64,000 nt of DNA from Escherichia coli (GTDB taxonomy: Bacteria > Pseudomonadota > Gammaproteobacteria > Enterobacterales > Enterobacteriaceae): assembly GCF_001677475.2 (NCBI RefSeq), contig NZ_CP015229.1. One strand, 5' to 3'. The position numbers were made by a program, and so were the translations under genes. Positions 13,407-28,247 of the stretch are shown one piece after another (position 1 is the first letter of the stretch; every line of letters begins with the position of its first letter). The notes beneath the pieces were generated by a model that was not told where the DNA came from, made no database searches, and saw only the letters and a list, made by a program, of their open reading frames with translations.

Positions 13407-13588
13407 GTTGACCTTGGTTGTATAGAGAGAGCAGGCGTTATTATTTTCAGCATCTGTCGCCGCAGAGAAGGGCATGGAAAGCCGGGCGAGAGCAACATTG
13501 CTGTAGATTGATATTTAATATATTAGCGTAACTGTTATGCTGTTATCTATATTATGTGATCTAAATCACTTTTAAGTCAGAGTGAATA

Positions 13589-14518
13589 ATGGAACGACTA
13601 AAACGCATGTCGGTGTTTGCCAAAGTAGTTGAATTTGGCTCTTTTACCGCCGCCGCCAGACAGTTACAGATGAGCGTTTCGTCCATCAGTCAGACGGTGT
13701 CAAAACTGGAAGATGAGTTGCAGGTAAAGCTGTTAAACCGTAGCACACGCAGCATTGGCCTGACCGAAGCCGGTAGAATTTACTACCAGGGCTGCCGTCG
13801 GATGCTTCATGAAGTGCAGGATGTTCATGAGCAACTGTATGCCTTCAATAACACCCCCATCGGGACGCTACGCATTGGCTGTTCTTCAACTATGGCACAA
13901 AATGTTCTCGCCGGGCTGACAGCCAAAATGCTGAAAGAATACCCAGGTTTGAGCGTCAATCTGGTTACCGGAATTCCTGCCCCCGACCTGATTGCCGACG
14001 GTCTGGATGTGGTGATCCGCGTCGGCGCGTTGCAGGATTCCAGCCTGTTTTCCCGCCGTCTTGGCGCGATGCCAATGGTGGTCTGCGCCGCGAAAAGCTA
14101 TCTCACACAATACGGCATACCGGAAAAACCCGCCGATTTAAGTAGTCATTCATGGCTTGAATACAGCGTACGACCCGACAATGAATTTGAACTGATCGCA
14201 CCGGAAGGGATCTCGACTCGCCTGATCCCGCAAGGGAGATTTGTGACTAATGATCCGATGACGCTGGTGCGCTGGCTAACGGCGGGCGCCGGGATCGCCT
14301 ACGTGCCGCTGATGTGGGTGATCAACGAGATCAATCGCGGGGAGCTGGAGATCCTGCTGCCACGTTACCAGTCAGATCCACGCCCGGTTTATGCGTTATA
14401 TACCGAAAAAGATAAGCTGCCGCTGAAGGTACAAGTCGTGATCAACTCGCTAACGGATTATTTTGTTGAGGTCGGTAAATTGTTTCAGGAGATGCACGGG
14501 CGCGGGAAAGAGAAGTAA
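13589..14518 (+). CDS. aaeR: LysR-family transcriptional activator AaeR
   Basis: 309-aa ORF with N-terminal LysR HTH, divergent from aaeXAB. Confidence 0.9.
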   Translation: MERLKRMSVFAKVVEFGSFTAAARQLQMSVSSISQTVSKLEDELQVKLLNRSTRSIGLTEAGRIYYQGCRRMLHEVQDVHEQLYAFNNTPIGTLRIGCSSTMAQNVLAGLTAKMLKEYPGLSVNLVTGIPAPDLIADGLDVVIRVGALQDSSLFSRRLGAMPMVVCAAKSYLTQYGIPEKPADLSSHSWLEYSVRPDNEFELIAPEGISTRLIPQGRFVTNDPMTLVRWLTAGAGIAYVPLMWVINEINRGELEILLPRYQSDPRPVYALYTEKDKLPLKVQVVINSLTDYFVEVGKLFQEMHGRGKEK

Positions 14519-14645
14519 TTCATATTGTACTGTTACGTTGTACAAACCTGTGCCAACGGGTTCCCCTCACCCTAACCCCAGAGGGGCGAGGGGACCGTTC
14601 GTGCACGTAGAAGGATTAATTATCCTTCTGAAAATACTGAAATTA

Positions 14646-16106
<1,461 letters not shown>

Positions 16107-16138
16107 TTAGTTACTGCAGTAGAGGATTTTTTACGGCT

Positions 16139-16175
16139 GCCGGATGCAGCGTGAACGCCCTATCCGGCCTACGGT
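16139..16175. repeat. REP (repetitive extragenic palindrome) element
   Basis: gccggatgcagcgtgaacgccctatccggcctacgg matches the canonical E. coli REP consensus. Confidence 0.6.
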
Positions 16176-16246
16176 TATGTTCTGGCTCGTTGGCCTTTGG
16201 CAACGATTATCATATGAGATTGGGGCAATTACGCGCCCTCGTCAAA

Positions 16247-19200
16247 TCATTGCGCTTTTTCTTTACGCGGTTGGCGCAACACTTCGTTGATTTGCGGATC
16301 GTCCAGCGGACCCGAAATGTGATAGCGCAAAATGGAGACTTTGCTCCACAGCGGCCCCAGCACTTTACTGGCGGCAAACACTGCCGCGCCAACAATAGGG
16401 TTAACCGCAAAAGCCGCAGCCACGCCCACCGTCGCAGAAATCTCTGGTGCGACAACCGCTTCCATATTCAGGTCGCGACGTACCAGATTTACCGACCCTT
16501 TCATGGCGATATCCGCTTCCAGGCCATCCACCAGCGTGTCGTCGGTGTGCATAACGCCGTCTTTAATCCACGCGGTGCTGCGAATGGAGTCAAAATAGAA
16601 CCCTTCGCCAAAAGTGTCTCTGAAATCAAAACGCAGCTTACGCATCAGGGCATCTACGCTCAATAAGCGCAGCAATTGCCCGGCATGTCCGGTGCTGATT
16701 TCGGTAATTTCGCCTTTGCCCAGTTGAGTATGAATGATGCCATTCAACGACGCCTCATCCGGCTGCCACGGTGCTTTGCGCCAGTGTAAATCGTAATCCA
16801 CATTAAATGACGACTGGCGTATGGGCGTCGTGACACCAAAAAATTCTGCGGCGGCATCAATTTTCTGCCCGCGCAGTTTTCCTTTCAGCGAGGTACGTTC
16901 ATTCCCCGGATTATTAACCCATTCACCATCGGCAGTAAGCCGCGAGAAACCAGTATCAATCAGTCCATTGGTCAGCGTTAACGTATCGCCAGAAATGGTG
17001 ATATCACTGTCAATGCGACCGAATTTTTGCCCCCAGAACCAGCACTCTGTGCATCGTATTTGTGCGTCCGGCCAGCCACGGAAGTTAATGCGCTCCGTTG
17101 TCGGGAAAGGTGATGACGGCGTTGAATCACCACGAGTTTTCGCCACGCTCGGGTTGTAATAAAGATATTTGATATTCGCCAGCCACGGCGCGTTATTACG
17201 CATCGCTAGCGTGGCGTTGATTTCACGCCCTTGCGCCTCCACCTGGGTGCCATTTGCCGTCGGTTGCGAAACAATACTCAGGTTATTCCATTGCTGATTT
17301 CCCAGTGACAACATAGGCGTACGTAACGTTATGTGTTGTGGGAAACTCGCTGCACCACCGACACTCTCCGCCGCGCCTTTCTGGAACAGGGCCAGCCACT
17401 CGGCACCATTCATCGGCGGCATATTGAGTTCAACGCCACTTTGTTCCGGCAACGGCGGGAGCGTTTTACTGTCTGCCGCCCAAATAGCACGATCGAGCGT
17501 CAGCTTTTGACCAAGCAACCAGCGGCTATTGAAATGGTTATCCGCACCAGCCTGTCCGGTTAACTCAAAGCTGTTGAGATTGCCATCAACCTTAACGTTT
17601 ACCGCTAGTGGTTCACCCGCAGGTTTGGCTAACGGTGAAGGTAAGTGACTGCTCACATTCTTCAGATCGCCGTTCAGCTCTACGTTATAGGTCGCGCCAG
17701 CATGATAAGGCAGATCAATGCCCACTTTACCATCCCACGCCACGCTGCCACTCAATGCTTCGTTCACCGCTTCAGGCAGAACGCCGGTTTTCGCCGGTTG
17801 CCAGTTACCGTTGAGGTTTACCGCTACCTGGTAGGCTTTTGCCCCTTCTTTGGTGGAAAAATCCACGTTCAACGGCTGATTAAACCAGCTTGCTGTCAGT
17901 GGTTCACTTTGCAGATCGCCATTGATAAAGCTGAATTTACCGCTCAAATTTTTCAGGGTGCTGTCGAGTGGTTTGATAAACAGACTGTTATTACGCAGCG
18001 TCACTTCACCTTTCGCGGTTACCAGCTCGCCGTTCAGCGGGATATCAAGATGTAAGCGAGCATTCACATCGCCGTCGAGCTGGAGTTCTTGCAGGGTCGC
18101 ACCCAGAGAATCTTTCAGCGGTGTCTCATCAAAGTAAGGGCCAACGGCTTTACCCGGACCTTTAATGTCAGCGTCAATCAGCAGTTTTTCTTTTGAGTAG
18201 TCAGGGATCACTGCTGTGAGATTACTCGCGCGCACGCCGCCCAGATTAACGCCATCGGTTTTCATCCATAAACCGTCGTTAATAAAGTCCAGTTCAATAT
18301 CAAGGTTAGTTAATGCAGGCCAGTCCGGCTGGAAGGCAAACTTCGCGTTGCGCAGCGGCACCAGCACTTCAAACTGACCTTCGTTGTGTTTATAGGGGAA
18401 GAGTTGCGGATTGCCACCATAAACCAGCGTCGCGTTATCCGCTTCACCGCCCTGAATCGCGCCACTTAAGTAATCAACCAGGTCTTTACCCATCAAGTTT
18501 TCCGGGAAATAGCGCCAGGCTTGTGAACCATCATCGGTACTGATGCCAGCCAGAATACCCAGCCAGGGTTCATCGTTAGCAGGTTGCAGGTAACGAAAAC
18601 CGCCGCGCGCATGGACGGCTTTGGCTTTAACGTCAATATTACGCCCATCCAGCTGGAAACCTTTGTCATTGTTCAGCCAGCTTATAGTTGCCTGGCCGTC
18701 GGCGATTTCCAGTGGCGCACGGAATACCGTTTCGTAAGGCATCTTTGCCTGCTTCATCGACGCAGTAAGCAAACCATTTTCAACGCTGCCGGAAAGCGTC
18801 CCGGAGAAGTGTTCCGCACCCGGTAATAATTTCCATTGCTTCCAGGCCAGATCGCTCCACGATGCCTGAAAACGGGTCTTGTCTGCCGCCTGAAGCGGGA
18901 TATCCAGCGCCAGAGTGTTAATCTTGCCGCTCGGTTGTGTGGAGCGCCAAACATCACCCAGTGCAGGTGAAAGTTTCGCGGCCAGCGGGCGTATGCCCTC
19001 CAGGCCTGCCAGCTCCAGATTACTGGCGCGAATCCGGAGTTCGTCACTGCGTTTATTGTCTTTGCCGCCAACGTCCTGTTCCGGTATCCAGGCCAGCGTC
19101 AATGCTCCGCTCGGCCAGGGTTTGCCGTCCATCGTGATCCGTGTATCGGGAATAGAGAACTGCCAGCCCGGATTTTCACGCGTAATATGCGCGGTCAGAT

Positions 19201-20047
19201 TATCCACCGACAGCGTATGCGTTTGCTTCTCGCCCAACCAGCTGGCACCGCCCTGTTTCAGCCAGACGTCACCGCCGGTTACATCGCCTTTGTCGATCGT
19301 CATCCAGCCTTCAAGGGAGAACTGTGCCGTTTCCAGCGCAATATTGTCCTGCATCCATTTACCGAGCCACGGCTTCAGGTCGATGTCATCCGCCTGGAGC
19401 CAGACGCGACCATTGCTTAACAACCCCTCATCATCGCGCAAATCCATGCGCACCTGCATCACGCCGTGCTGTCCGGTAAGGCTGGAGAGGCTTACCAGAC
19501 CTTCCGCACGGTGTCGACGTGGATCGTTCAGCCAGGTGAGTTGTGGGATCGCCAGCTCGGCGCGCTGACCGGATGGCGTCAGGAAACTGACTTCACTGTC
19601 GCGGAGATCGAAATGGTCAAATTGACGAAGAAACAGATCGCTGATGTGACTGGCTTCCAGACTGTCATCACTACCACCGCTGGTGATAGGAGTGTTGGTG
19701 CGAAAACGCAGCTGCCAGAAAGTGAGGTCGCGAAACTGCCAGCGCATATGTAACAGGCTCTGCCAGACATCCAGCGCCAGAGTAACGCGTTTAACCGAAA
19801 ATTCGCCGCCATCTTTTAGTTCTGCACGGATGTCGTGTGCTTCAAGCGTCGGGCCAAAATTCTGCCAGCTGGCTGAGAGCTGACTGGCTTCTACCGGCAT
19901 GCCAGTCGCGGATTCTATTTTGTTGAGGATTTCCGGACGCCAGGCGTCAAGATGCGGTAAAGCAATACGCAGGCCGCTAACCAGCAGGGCAGCGATCACA
20001 ACGAACGCGGCTCCAGTAAGCAGTAAAATCCCCGGCAATCGCCTCAC
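16247..20047 (-). CDS. yhdP: AsmA-family envelope protein YhdP (intermembrane phospholipid transport)
   Basis: 1266-aa ORF with N-terminal TM anchor, recognised as YhdP. Confidence 0.93.
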   Translation of the reverse strand: MRRLPGILLLTGAAFVVIAALLVSGLRIALPHLDAWRPEILNKIESATGMPVEASQLSASWQNFGPTLEAHDIRAELKDGGEFSVKRVTLALDVWQSLLHMRWQFRDLTFWQLRFRTNTPITSGGSDDSLEASHISDLFLRQFDHFDLRDSEVSFLTPSGQRAELAIPQLTWLNDPRRHRAEGLVSLSSLTGQHGVMQVRMDLRDDEGLLSNGRVWLQADDIDLKPWLGKWMQDNIALETAQFSLEGWMTIDKGDVTGGDVWLKQGGASWLGEKQTHTLSVDNLTAHITRENPGWQFSIPDTRITMDGKPWPSGALTLAWIPEQDVGGKDNKRSDELRIRASNLELAGLEGIRPLAAKLSPALGDVWRSTQPSGKINTLALDIPLQAADKTRFQASWSDLAWKQWKLLPGAEHFSGTLSGSVENGLLTASMKQAKMPYETVFRAPLEIADGQATISWLNNDKGFQLDGRNIDVKAKAVHARGGFRYLQPANDEPWLGILAGISTDDGSQAWRYFPENLMGKDLVDYLSGAIQGGEADNATLVYGGNPQLFPYKHNEGQFEVLVPLRNAKFAFQPDWPALTNLDIELDFINDGLWMKTDGVNLGGVRASNLTAVIPDYSKEKLLIDADIKGPGKAVGPYFDETPLKDSLGATLQELQLDGDVNARLHLDIPLNGELVTAKGEVTLRNNSLFIKPLDSTLKNLSGKFSFINGDLQSEPLTASWFNQPLNVDFSTKEGAKAYQVAVNLNGNWQPAKTGVLPEAVNEALSGSVAWDGKVGIDLPYHAGATYNVELNGDLKNVSSHLPSPLAKPAGEPLAVNVKVDGNLNSFELTGQAGADNHFNSRWLLGQKLTLDRAIWAADSKTLPPLPEQSGVELNMPPMNGAEWLALFQKGAAESVGGAASFPQHITLRTPMLSLGNQQWNNLSIVSQPTANGTQVEAQGREINATLAMRNNAPWLANIKYLYYNPSVAKTRGDSTPSSPFPTTERINFRGWPDAQIRCTECWFWGQKFGRIDSDITISGDTLTLTNGLIDTGFSRLTADGEWVNNPGNERTSLKGKLRGQKIDAAAEFFGVTTPIRQSSFNVDYDLHWRKAPWQPDEASLNGIIHTQLGKGEITEISTGHAGQLLRLLSVDALMRKLRFDFRDTFGEGFYFDSIRSTAWIKDGVMHTDDTLVDGLEADIAMKGSVNLVRRDLNMEAVVAPEISATVGVAAAFAVNPIVGAAVFAASKVLGPLWSKVSILRYHISGPLDDPQINEVLRQPRKEKAQ

Positions 20048-20114
20048 CCGTCACTCCTTGTCTGCTAAAAATGTGACTCAAAAACCCTTTGCCGGATGGC
20101 GGCCCAGCATCTGT

Positions 20115-21584
20115 TTACATCATTACGACGTCAAACTGCTCCTGGTTATAGAGCGGTTCAATTTGTACTTTAACCTGTTTGCCAACGAAAATTTCCACTT
20201 CCGCCAGCGAGTGTGACTCTTCGCCTTTCAAGGCTTCAGCTACTGCCGGAGAAGCATAGACCAGGAAACGGTCGGAGTCGTAAGCATGGTGGACACGAAC
20301 AATCTCGCGCATGATTTCATAGCATACCGTTTCCACGGTTTTCACCGTTCCGCGACCGTGGCAGGTTGGGCATTCGTTACACAGTACGTGCTCAATGCTT
20401 TCGCGGGTGCGTTTACGCGTCATCTCCACCAGCCCCAGCGCCGAAAAACCATTAACGCTGGTTTTCACCCGGTCTTTGCTCAACGCCTGCTCTAGCGAAT
20501 GCAGCACGCGGCGGCGGTGATCTTCATTATTCATATCGATGAAATCAATAATGATAATCCCGCCCAGATTACGCAACCGTAACTGGCGAGCGATAGCCTG
20601 CGTCGCTTCAATATTGGTATTGAAAATGGTGTCGTCCAGATTGCGATGACCGACAAACGCCCCGGTATTGATGTCCACGGTGGTCATCGCTTCGGTCTGG
20701 TCGATAATCAGATAGCCACCAGATTTCAGTTCTACTTTGCGTTCCAGCGCTCGCTGGATTTCGTTTTCGACATCAAAGAGATCGAAAATCGGCTGGCGTC
20801 CGGTGTAATGCTCCAGCTTGCTGGTCATCTCGGGAATGTACTCCGAGGTGAACTCAAGTAATGCTTCGTAAGTCAGGCGTGAGTCAACGCGAATGCGGTC
20901 CAGTTCGGCGTCGGCGAAATCACGCAGAACACGCTGAGCCAGCGCCAGTTCGCCGTACAGCTGATAACGGGTCTGCGGGCGTTTTTTACGCTCCATAACT
21001 TTGGTCCAGACGCGTTTCAGATAAGCGGCATCGGAGGCCAGTTCAGCCTCGCCAACCCCTTCCGCTGCGGTACGGATGATAAACCCGCCCTGCTCGTCGC
21101 AATACTCTGCGACCACTTTTTTCAAGCGTTCACGTTCTGATTCGCTTTCAATACGTTGGGAAACCCCAACGTGAGAAGCCCCTGGCATAAAGACCAGATA
21201 GCGAGAAGGCAGCGTGATATCGGTGGTCAGGCGCGCACCCTTAGTGCCAAGCGGATCTTTCACCACCTGCACCATCAGATCTTGCCCCTGACGGACCAGC
21301 TCCGAGATATCGCGTACCGTGAATTGCTTTTGTTCTTCACCCGCCACACATTCGGTGTGCGGCATGATGTCGGATGCATGAAGAAACGCGGCTTTATCCA
21401 GCCCAATATCTACAAAAGCCGCCTGCATACCCGGAAGTACACGACTTACACGACCCTTGTAGATATTGCCTACTATTCCGCGTCGCGCCTCACGTTCAAT
21501 ATGAATTTCCTGCAGAATACCGCCATCAATATACGCCACTCGCGTTTCCGAAGGCGTTACGTTTACCAACAATTCAGCCGTCAT
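20115..21584 (-). CDS. rng: Ribonuclease G
   Basis: ORF trimmed to ATG giving 489 aa ([26 protein letters not shown]...). Confidence 0.93.
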
Positions 21585-22167
21585 GTTTATCCCTTTTCTC
21601 ACGCAGTGCGTTAAAATTACTTAATAATTCATACGTTTCAACCAGCGGTAAGCCGACTACGGCGTGATAGCTGCCATTTATCTTCCTGACAAAACAGCCA
21701 CCCAGCCCCTGAATACCGTATGCACCTGCTTTATCTAACGGTTCACCGCTGGCGACATAGCCCGCGATGTCTTCGTCTGTTAACGTTCTGAAAGTCACAT
21801 CGGTGACCACCAGGCAATCGAGAATGTGCTGGCTGTCGGCCAACGCCACTGCCGTCATCACCTGATGGGTCTGACCCGATAATTTGCGCAACATCTGCGC
21901 CGCATGCTCTGCGTCGCGCGGTTTCTCCAGCACTTCTCCGTTCAGGATAACGATAGTATCCGCACCCAGCACCGGGAGACCCTTCGCCGTTTGCGCGACA
22001 CCTGCCCGTGCTTTCTCGCGCGCCAGACGCACAACATACTGCTGCGCGCTCTCCTGCGGCTGACGCTGCTCCTCAATGCCCGTAACAATACGTTCAAAGG
22101 TCACGCCAAGTTGCGCAAGTAACTCCTGACGACGCGGAGAACCGGAAGCTAAATACAGAGAAGTCAT
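21574..22167 (-). CDS. yhdE: Maf-family nucleoside triphosphate pyrophosphatase YhdE
   Basis: ORF trimmed to ATG giving 197 aa ([17 protein letters not shown]...); 3' end overlaps the rng start by 11 nt. Confidence 0.9.
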   Translation of the reverse strand: MTSLYLASGSPRRQELLAQLGVTFERIVTGIEEQRQPQESAQQYVVRLAREKARAGVAQTAKGLPVLGADTIVILNGEVLEKPRDAEHAAQMLRKLSGQTHQVMTAVALADSQHILDCLVVTDVTFRTLTDEDIAGYVASGEPLDKAGAYGIQGLGGCFVRKINGSYHAVVGLPLVETYELLSNFNALREKRDKHDG

Positions 22168-22175
22168 AGAAACCT

Positions 22176-23767
<1,592 letters not shown>

Positions 23768-23832
23768 AAGTTATGCGTATTCTCGTATCAGACCAGGCAG
23801 GGTAAACAGACACTTCCCCTGCCTGCATCCGA

Positions 23833-25002
<1,170 letters not shown>

Positions 25003-25180
25003 TTACAAATCTCTGCCTGAGTCCAGAAAGGCTTAATGCATCAGCAGCATTCCTCGCCTGTTTGCAACCGCGTAAGGTCATTCATCTGCATATGTGCTGC
25101 AACAATCTGGCGAGCAGACAAGCACACTCCCATGAGACGCAGCGCGCGTTATTCTACGTGAAAACGGATTAAACGGCAGG

Positions 25181-27121
25181 TTAAACCGAGTATCTTTGTG
25201 AATATTTTTTCACGTTAGTATCAAGTGGCTGTGAGGACGCGAAAAAATCCCCTTGCCCACCTGTAACACCGCGCTGAATCAGGGTCTGCCACTCGCTTCG
25301 CGAACGCACGCCGGTGGCGTAAACCTGGGTGCTGGTCCCGGAGCAGGCTTCCACCAGGCTTTGAACCAGCAGCTGGTTCTCCGTTCGCTTCTCAATGTTT
25401 CTGACCAGCCCCGGATGGAGCTTGAGTAACTCAACATTAAGTTCTTTGATCCAACTGGTGCTAACCAGCGTCAAACCAGCCTGGTTGACGGCTACCCGTA
25501 CCCCTAAAGCATTCACTAAACGAATAACAGGTTGTAAACGACTGATATGTTGACCTACATCGGCCTCTGCAAGTTCAATAATTATGCGTTTTCGTTGTGA
25601 TTTTTCACATTGCATTAACGTATCGCGCAGCCAACGCTGAAAACGCGGGCGAATCAGCGACTCAACGGTAACCTGAATCGCCAGATTTTCCTCCGGCCAG
25701 TAACGCAATAGTGGAATCAGACGGCTGATTTGCAGGCGGTCATACTCTTCCGATAAGCCAAACTGCAAGACCATCGGCATATACTCCGCCGAGCTAACCT
25801 CTTCGTTACCATCGAAGATGCGGCACATGAGTTCGCGATGATGAACCTGACCTTCGCGAGTAACCGCCGGTTTTTGATAAAGGCGCGGGCCGCCGCGACT
25901 GAGCATTTGCTCGATAAGCGTACGCCAGCGAACATTACCGCGTCCTTTTTCAGGCAACGAGTCATCGTAAATAGCCCAGCTATTGCCGCCCTGCAATCCC
26001 GCATTACGCGTGGCAGACTCTGCATGTTCCATTACCTGCTCGGTATCCTGACCACTACGCCAGGCACAGATACCAATGTGGATCATATCGTCGCGATCGA
26101 GCATTTTATTGTTCGGCAAGGTATCGACGGCTTTGATTAACTGACTGGCTATGCTCTCAGCCTCTTTTAACGTCCGGTGGGGCAACAGCGCAGCAAAATC
26201 ACTGCGGTGGTAACGCGCCAGCAGTGCGCCAGGGTAGCGCATCATAAATGTCGACAGCAGATTCGTCAGAGAGAAGAACTGTTCTTCAACCTGGCTGTGC
26301 CCCCAGGTATCACTCAACATATTGAAATCCGGCAGACGAATCATCATCACGATCCCGTGGGTACCTACTTTCTCTTGATCTTCCAGTAACGTTGCTAACT
26401 GATTATCGAAAAAGAGTCGGTTATTGAGGCCGGTTTTCATGTCCTGGGCGGCATAAGAGCGGATCAGCGTATCAAGACGGCTGTGTTGTTCGCGTGCGTT
26501 CTGAATTTCACGAAGCAGCGTATCCAGCGCACTGCTGGTTCTGGGCGGCCATTCATAGATGGTTCCCAACACATTAGAGCCACGCTCACCGTTTAAGATA
26601 CGAGTAGCCCGGGTTTCCAGCAATTCTTGCCCGGCAAGTTGCCGTTGTAACCAGCGTACCGCCAGGAAGAGCATAAGAATGATAAAGCCAATCGCCCCCG
26701 TGAGCGGCGCGGTGGTCATCAACGAATGGAAATAGTTGCCCATCGGATCCTGATAAACCAGACGCAGCGACATCCCCGGATGCTTTATCAACGGAACGCT
26801 CAGTTCGCGAAACAGATCGCTGGTGCCAACCGGACGATAACTACCATTTCTGGCGAGGGTATAAACCTGTTTATCACCATGCAGCAGGTCTACACGAACG
26901 ATATCTGCTGACACCATTAATTCGGTAATTTGTGGCCTTAATGCGCTGAAGTCATTCGACACAAGGTGGGTATCAATCGCCGTCGCCACCGCCTGAACGC
27001 GATGACTAAACTTATACTGAATGGCGTTGTAGAAACTTAGCGAACAGCCCAGCAAAGTCACAAAAATTGTTAACCCGGTGAGCAGCGTAACAAAGGCCGA
27101 AAATTTCGTCGTTAATCTCAT
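25181..27121 (-). CDS. csrD: CsrB/CsrC turnover factor CsrD (degenerate GGDEF-EAL protein)
   Basis: 646-aa ORF with two N-terminal TM segments, recognised as CsrD (YhdA). Confidence 0.93.
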   Translation of the reverse strand: MRLTTKFSAFVTLLTGLTIFVTLLGCSLSFYNAIQYKFSHRVQAVATAIDTHLVSNDFSALRPQITELMVSADIVRVDLLHGDKQVYTLARNGSYRPVGTSDLFRELSVPLIKHPGMSLRLVYQDPMGNYFHSLMTTAPLTGAIGFIILMLFLAVRWLQRQLAGQELLETRATRILNGERGSNVLGTIYEWPPRTSSALDTLLREIQNAREQHSRLDTLIRSYAAQDMKTGLNNRLFFDNQLATLLEDQEKVGTHGIVMMIRLPDFNMLSDTWGHSQVEEQFFSLTNLLSTFMMRYPGALLARYHRSDFAALLPHRTLKEAESIASQLIKAVDTLPNNKMLDRDDMIHIGICAWRSGQDTEQVMEHAESATRNAGLQGGNSWAIYDDSLPEKGRGNVRWRTLIEQMLSRGGPRLYQKPAVTREGQVHHRELMCRIFDGNEEVSSAEYMPMVLQFGLSEEYDRLQISRLIPLLRYWPEENLAIQVTVESLIRPRFQRWLRDTLMQCEKSQRKRIIIELAEADVGQHISRLQPVIRLVNALGVRVAVNQAGLTLVSTSWIKELNVELLKLHPGLVRNIEKRTENQLLVQSLVEACSGTSTQVYATGVRSRSEWQTLIQRGVTGGQGDFFASSQPLDTNVKKYSQRYSV

Positions 27122-27272
27122 CCTTGTGTTAACTCCGATAGTGAGGAAGCGGGCATACTAGCAAATCAGATTTATCTCGCAATTTATTGCGCTTCATCGG
27201 CTTTGCTTTTCCATTAGCGAGTATAGTCTTCAGAAATTATTTTCCAATCCATCATGCACATGAGGACCACTT

Positions 27273-28247
27273 ATGCAGGCGTTACTTTTAGAACAGCAGG
27301 ACGGCAAAACTCTCGCATCAGTACAGACTCTGGACGAAAGTCGCCTGCCGGAGGGCGATGTCACGGTTGATGTTCACTGGTCGAGCCTGAACTACAAAGA
27401 TGCGCTGGCAATTACCGGTAAGGGAAAAATCATCCGTAATTTTCCGATGATTCCTGGGATCGATTTTGCCGGAACTGTACGCACCAGCGAAGATCCGCGT
27501 TTTCATGCCGGTCAGGAGGTGTTACTCACTGGCTGGGGCGTTGGTGAAAACCACTGGGGGGGGCTGGCGGAACAGGCGCGAGTGAAAGGTGACTGGCTGG
27601 TTGCCATGCCGCAAGGGCTGGACGCACGTCAAGCAATGATTATCGGTACTGCCGGTTTTACCGCCATGCTGTGTGTGATGGCGCTGGAAGATGCCGGTGT
27701 TCGCCCGCAGGATGGGGAGATTGTCGTGACGGGTGCCAGTGGTGGCGTCGGCAGTACCGCCGTGGCGCTGCTGCATAAGTTGGGTTATCAGGTCGTTGCC
27801 GTTTCTGGTCGCGAAAGTACCCATGAATATCTGAAAAGTTTAGGAGCCAGCCGTATTCTCTCTCGCGATGAGTTTACCGAATCCCGTCCTCTGGAAAAAC
27901 AACTCTGGGCTGGGGCAATTGACACCGTTGGCGACAAAGTGCTGGCGAAAGTGCTAGCGCAAATGAATTACGGCGGCTGCGTGGCGGCCTGTGGTCTGGC
28001 GGGTGGTTTTACTCTGCCAACCACGGTCATGCCATTTATTCTGCGTAATGTCCGTTTACAGGGGGTGGATTCAGTGATGACGCCACCAGCACGCCGCGCA
28101 CAAGCCTGGCAGCGACTGGTCGCCGATTTACCGGAATCATTCTATACCCAGGTGGCACAAGAGATATATCTGGCAGAGGCACCGAAGTTTGCCGAGGCCA
28201 TCATTAATAACCAGATCCAGGGTCGCACGCTGGTGAAGGTTAACTAA
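27273..28247 (+). CDS. acuI: Acrylyl-CoA reductase AcuI (YhdH), MDR-family oxidoreductase
   Basis: 324-aa ORF with NADPH-binding GASGGVG. Confidence 0.93.
   Translation: MQALLLEQQDGKTLASVQTLDESRLPEGDVTVDVHWSSLNYKDALAITGKGKIIRNFPMIPGIDFAGTVRTSEDPRFHAGQEVLLTGWGVGENHWGGLAEQARVKGDWLVAMPQGLDARQAMIIGTAGFTAMLCVMALEDAGVRPQDGEIVVTGASGGVGSTAVALLHKLGYQVVAVSGRESTHEYLKSLGASRILSRDEFTESRPLEKQLWAGAIDTVGDKVLAKVLAQMNYGGCVAACGLAGGFTLPTTVMPFILRNVRLQGVDSVMTPPARRAQAWQRLVADLPESFYTQVAQEIYLAEAPKFAEAIINNQIQGRTLVKVN

Noticed and set aside
18915-19568. 217-aa plus-strand ORF (and several others at 16821-19883) antisense to yhdP
   Set aside because: Ser/Arg/Cys/Pro-rich low-complexity translation, no RBS, fully embedded opposite a long conserved gene; typical antisense artefact.
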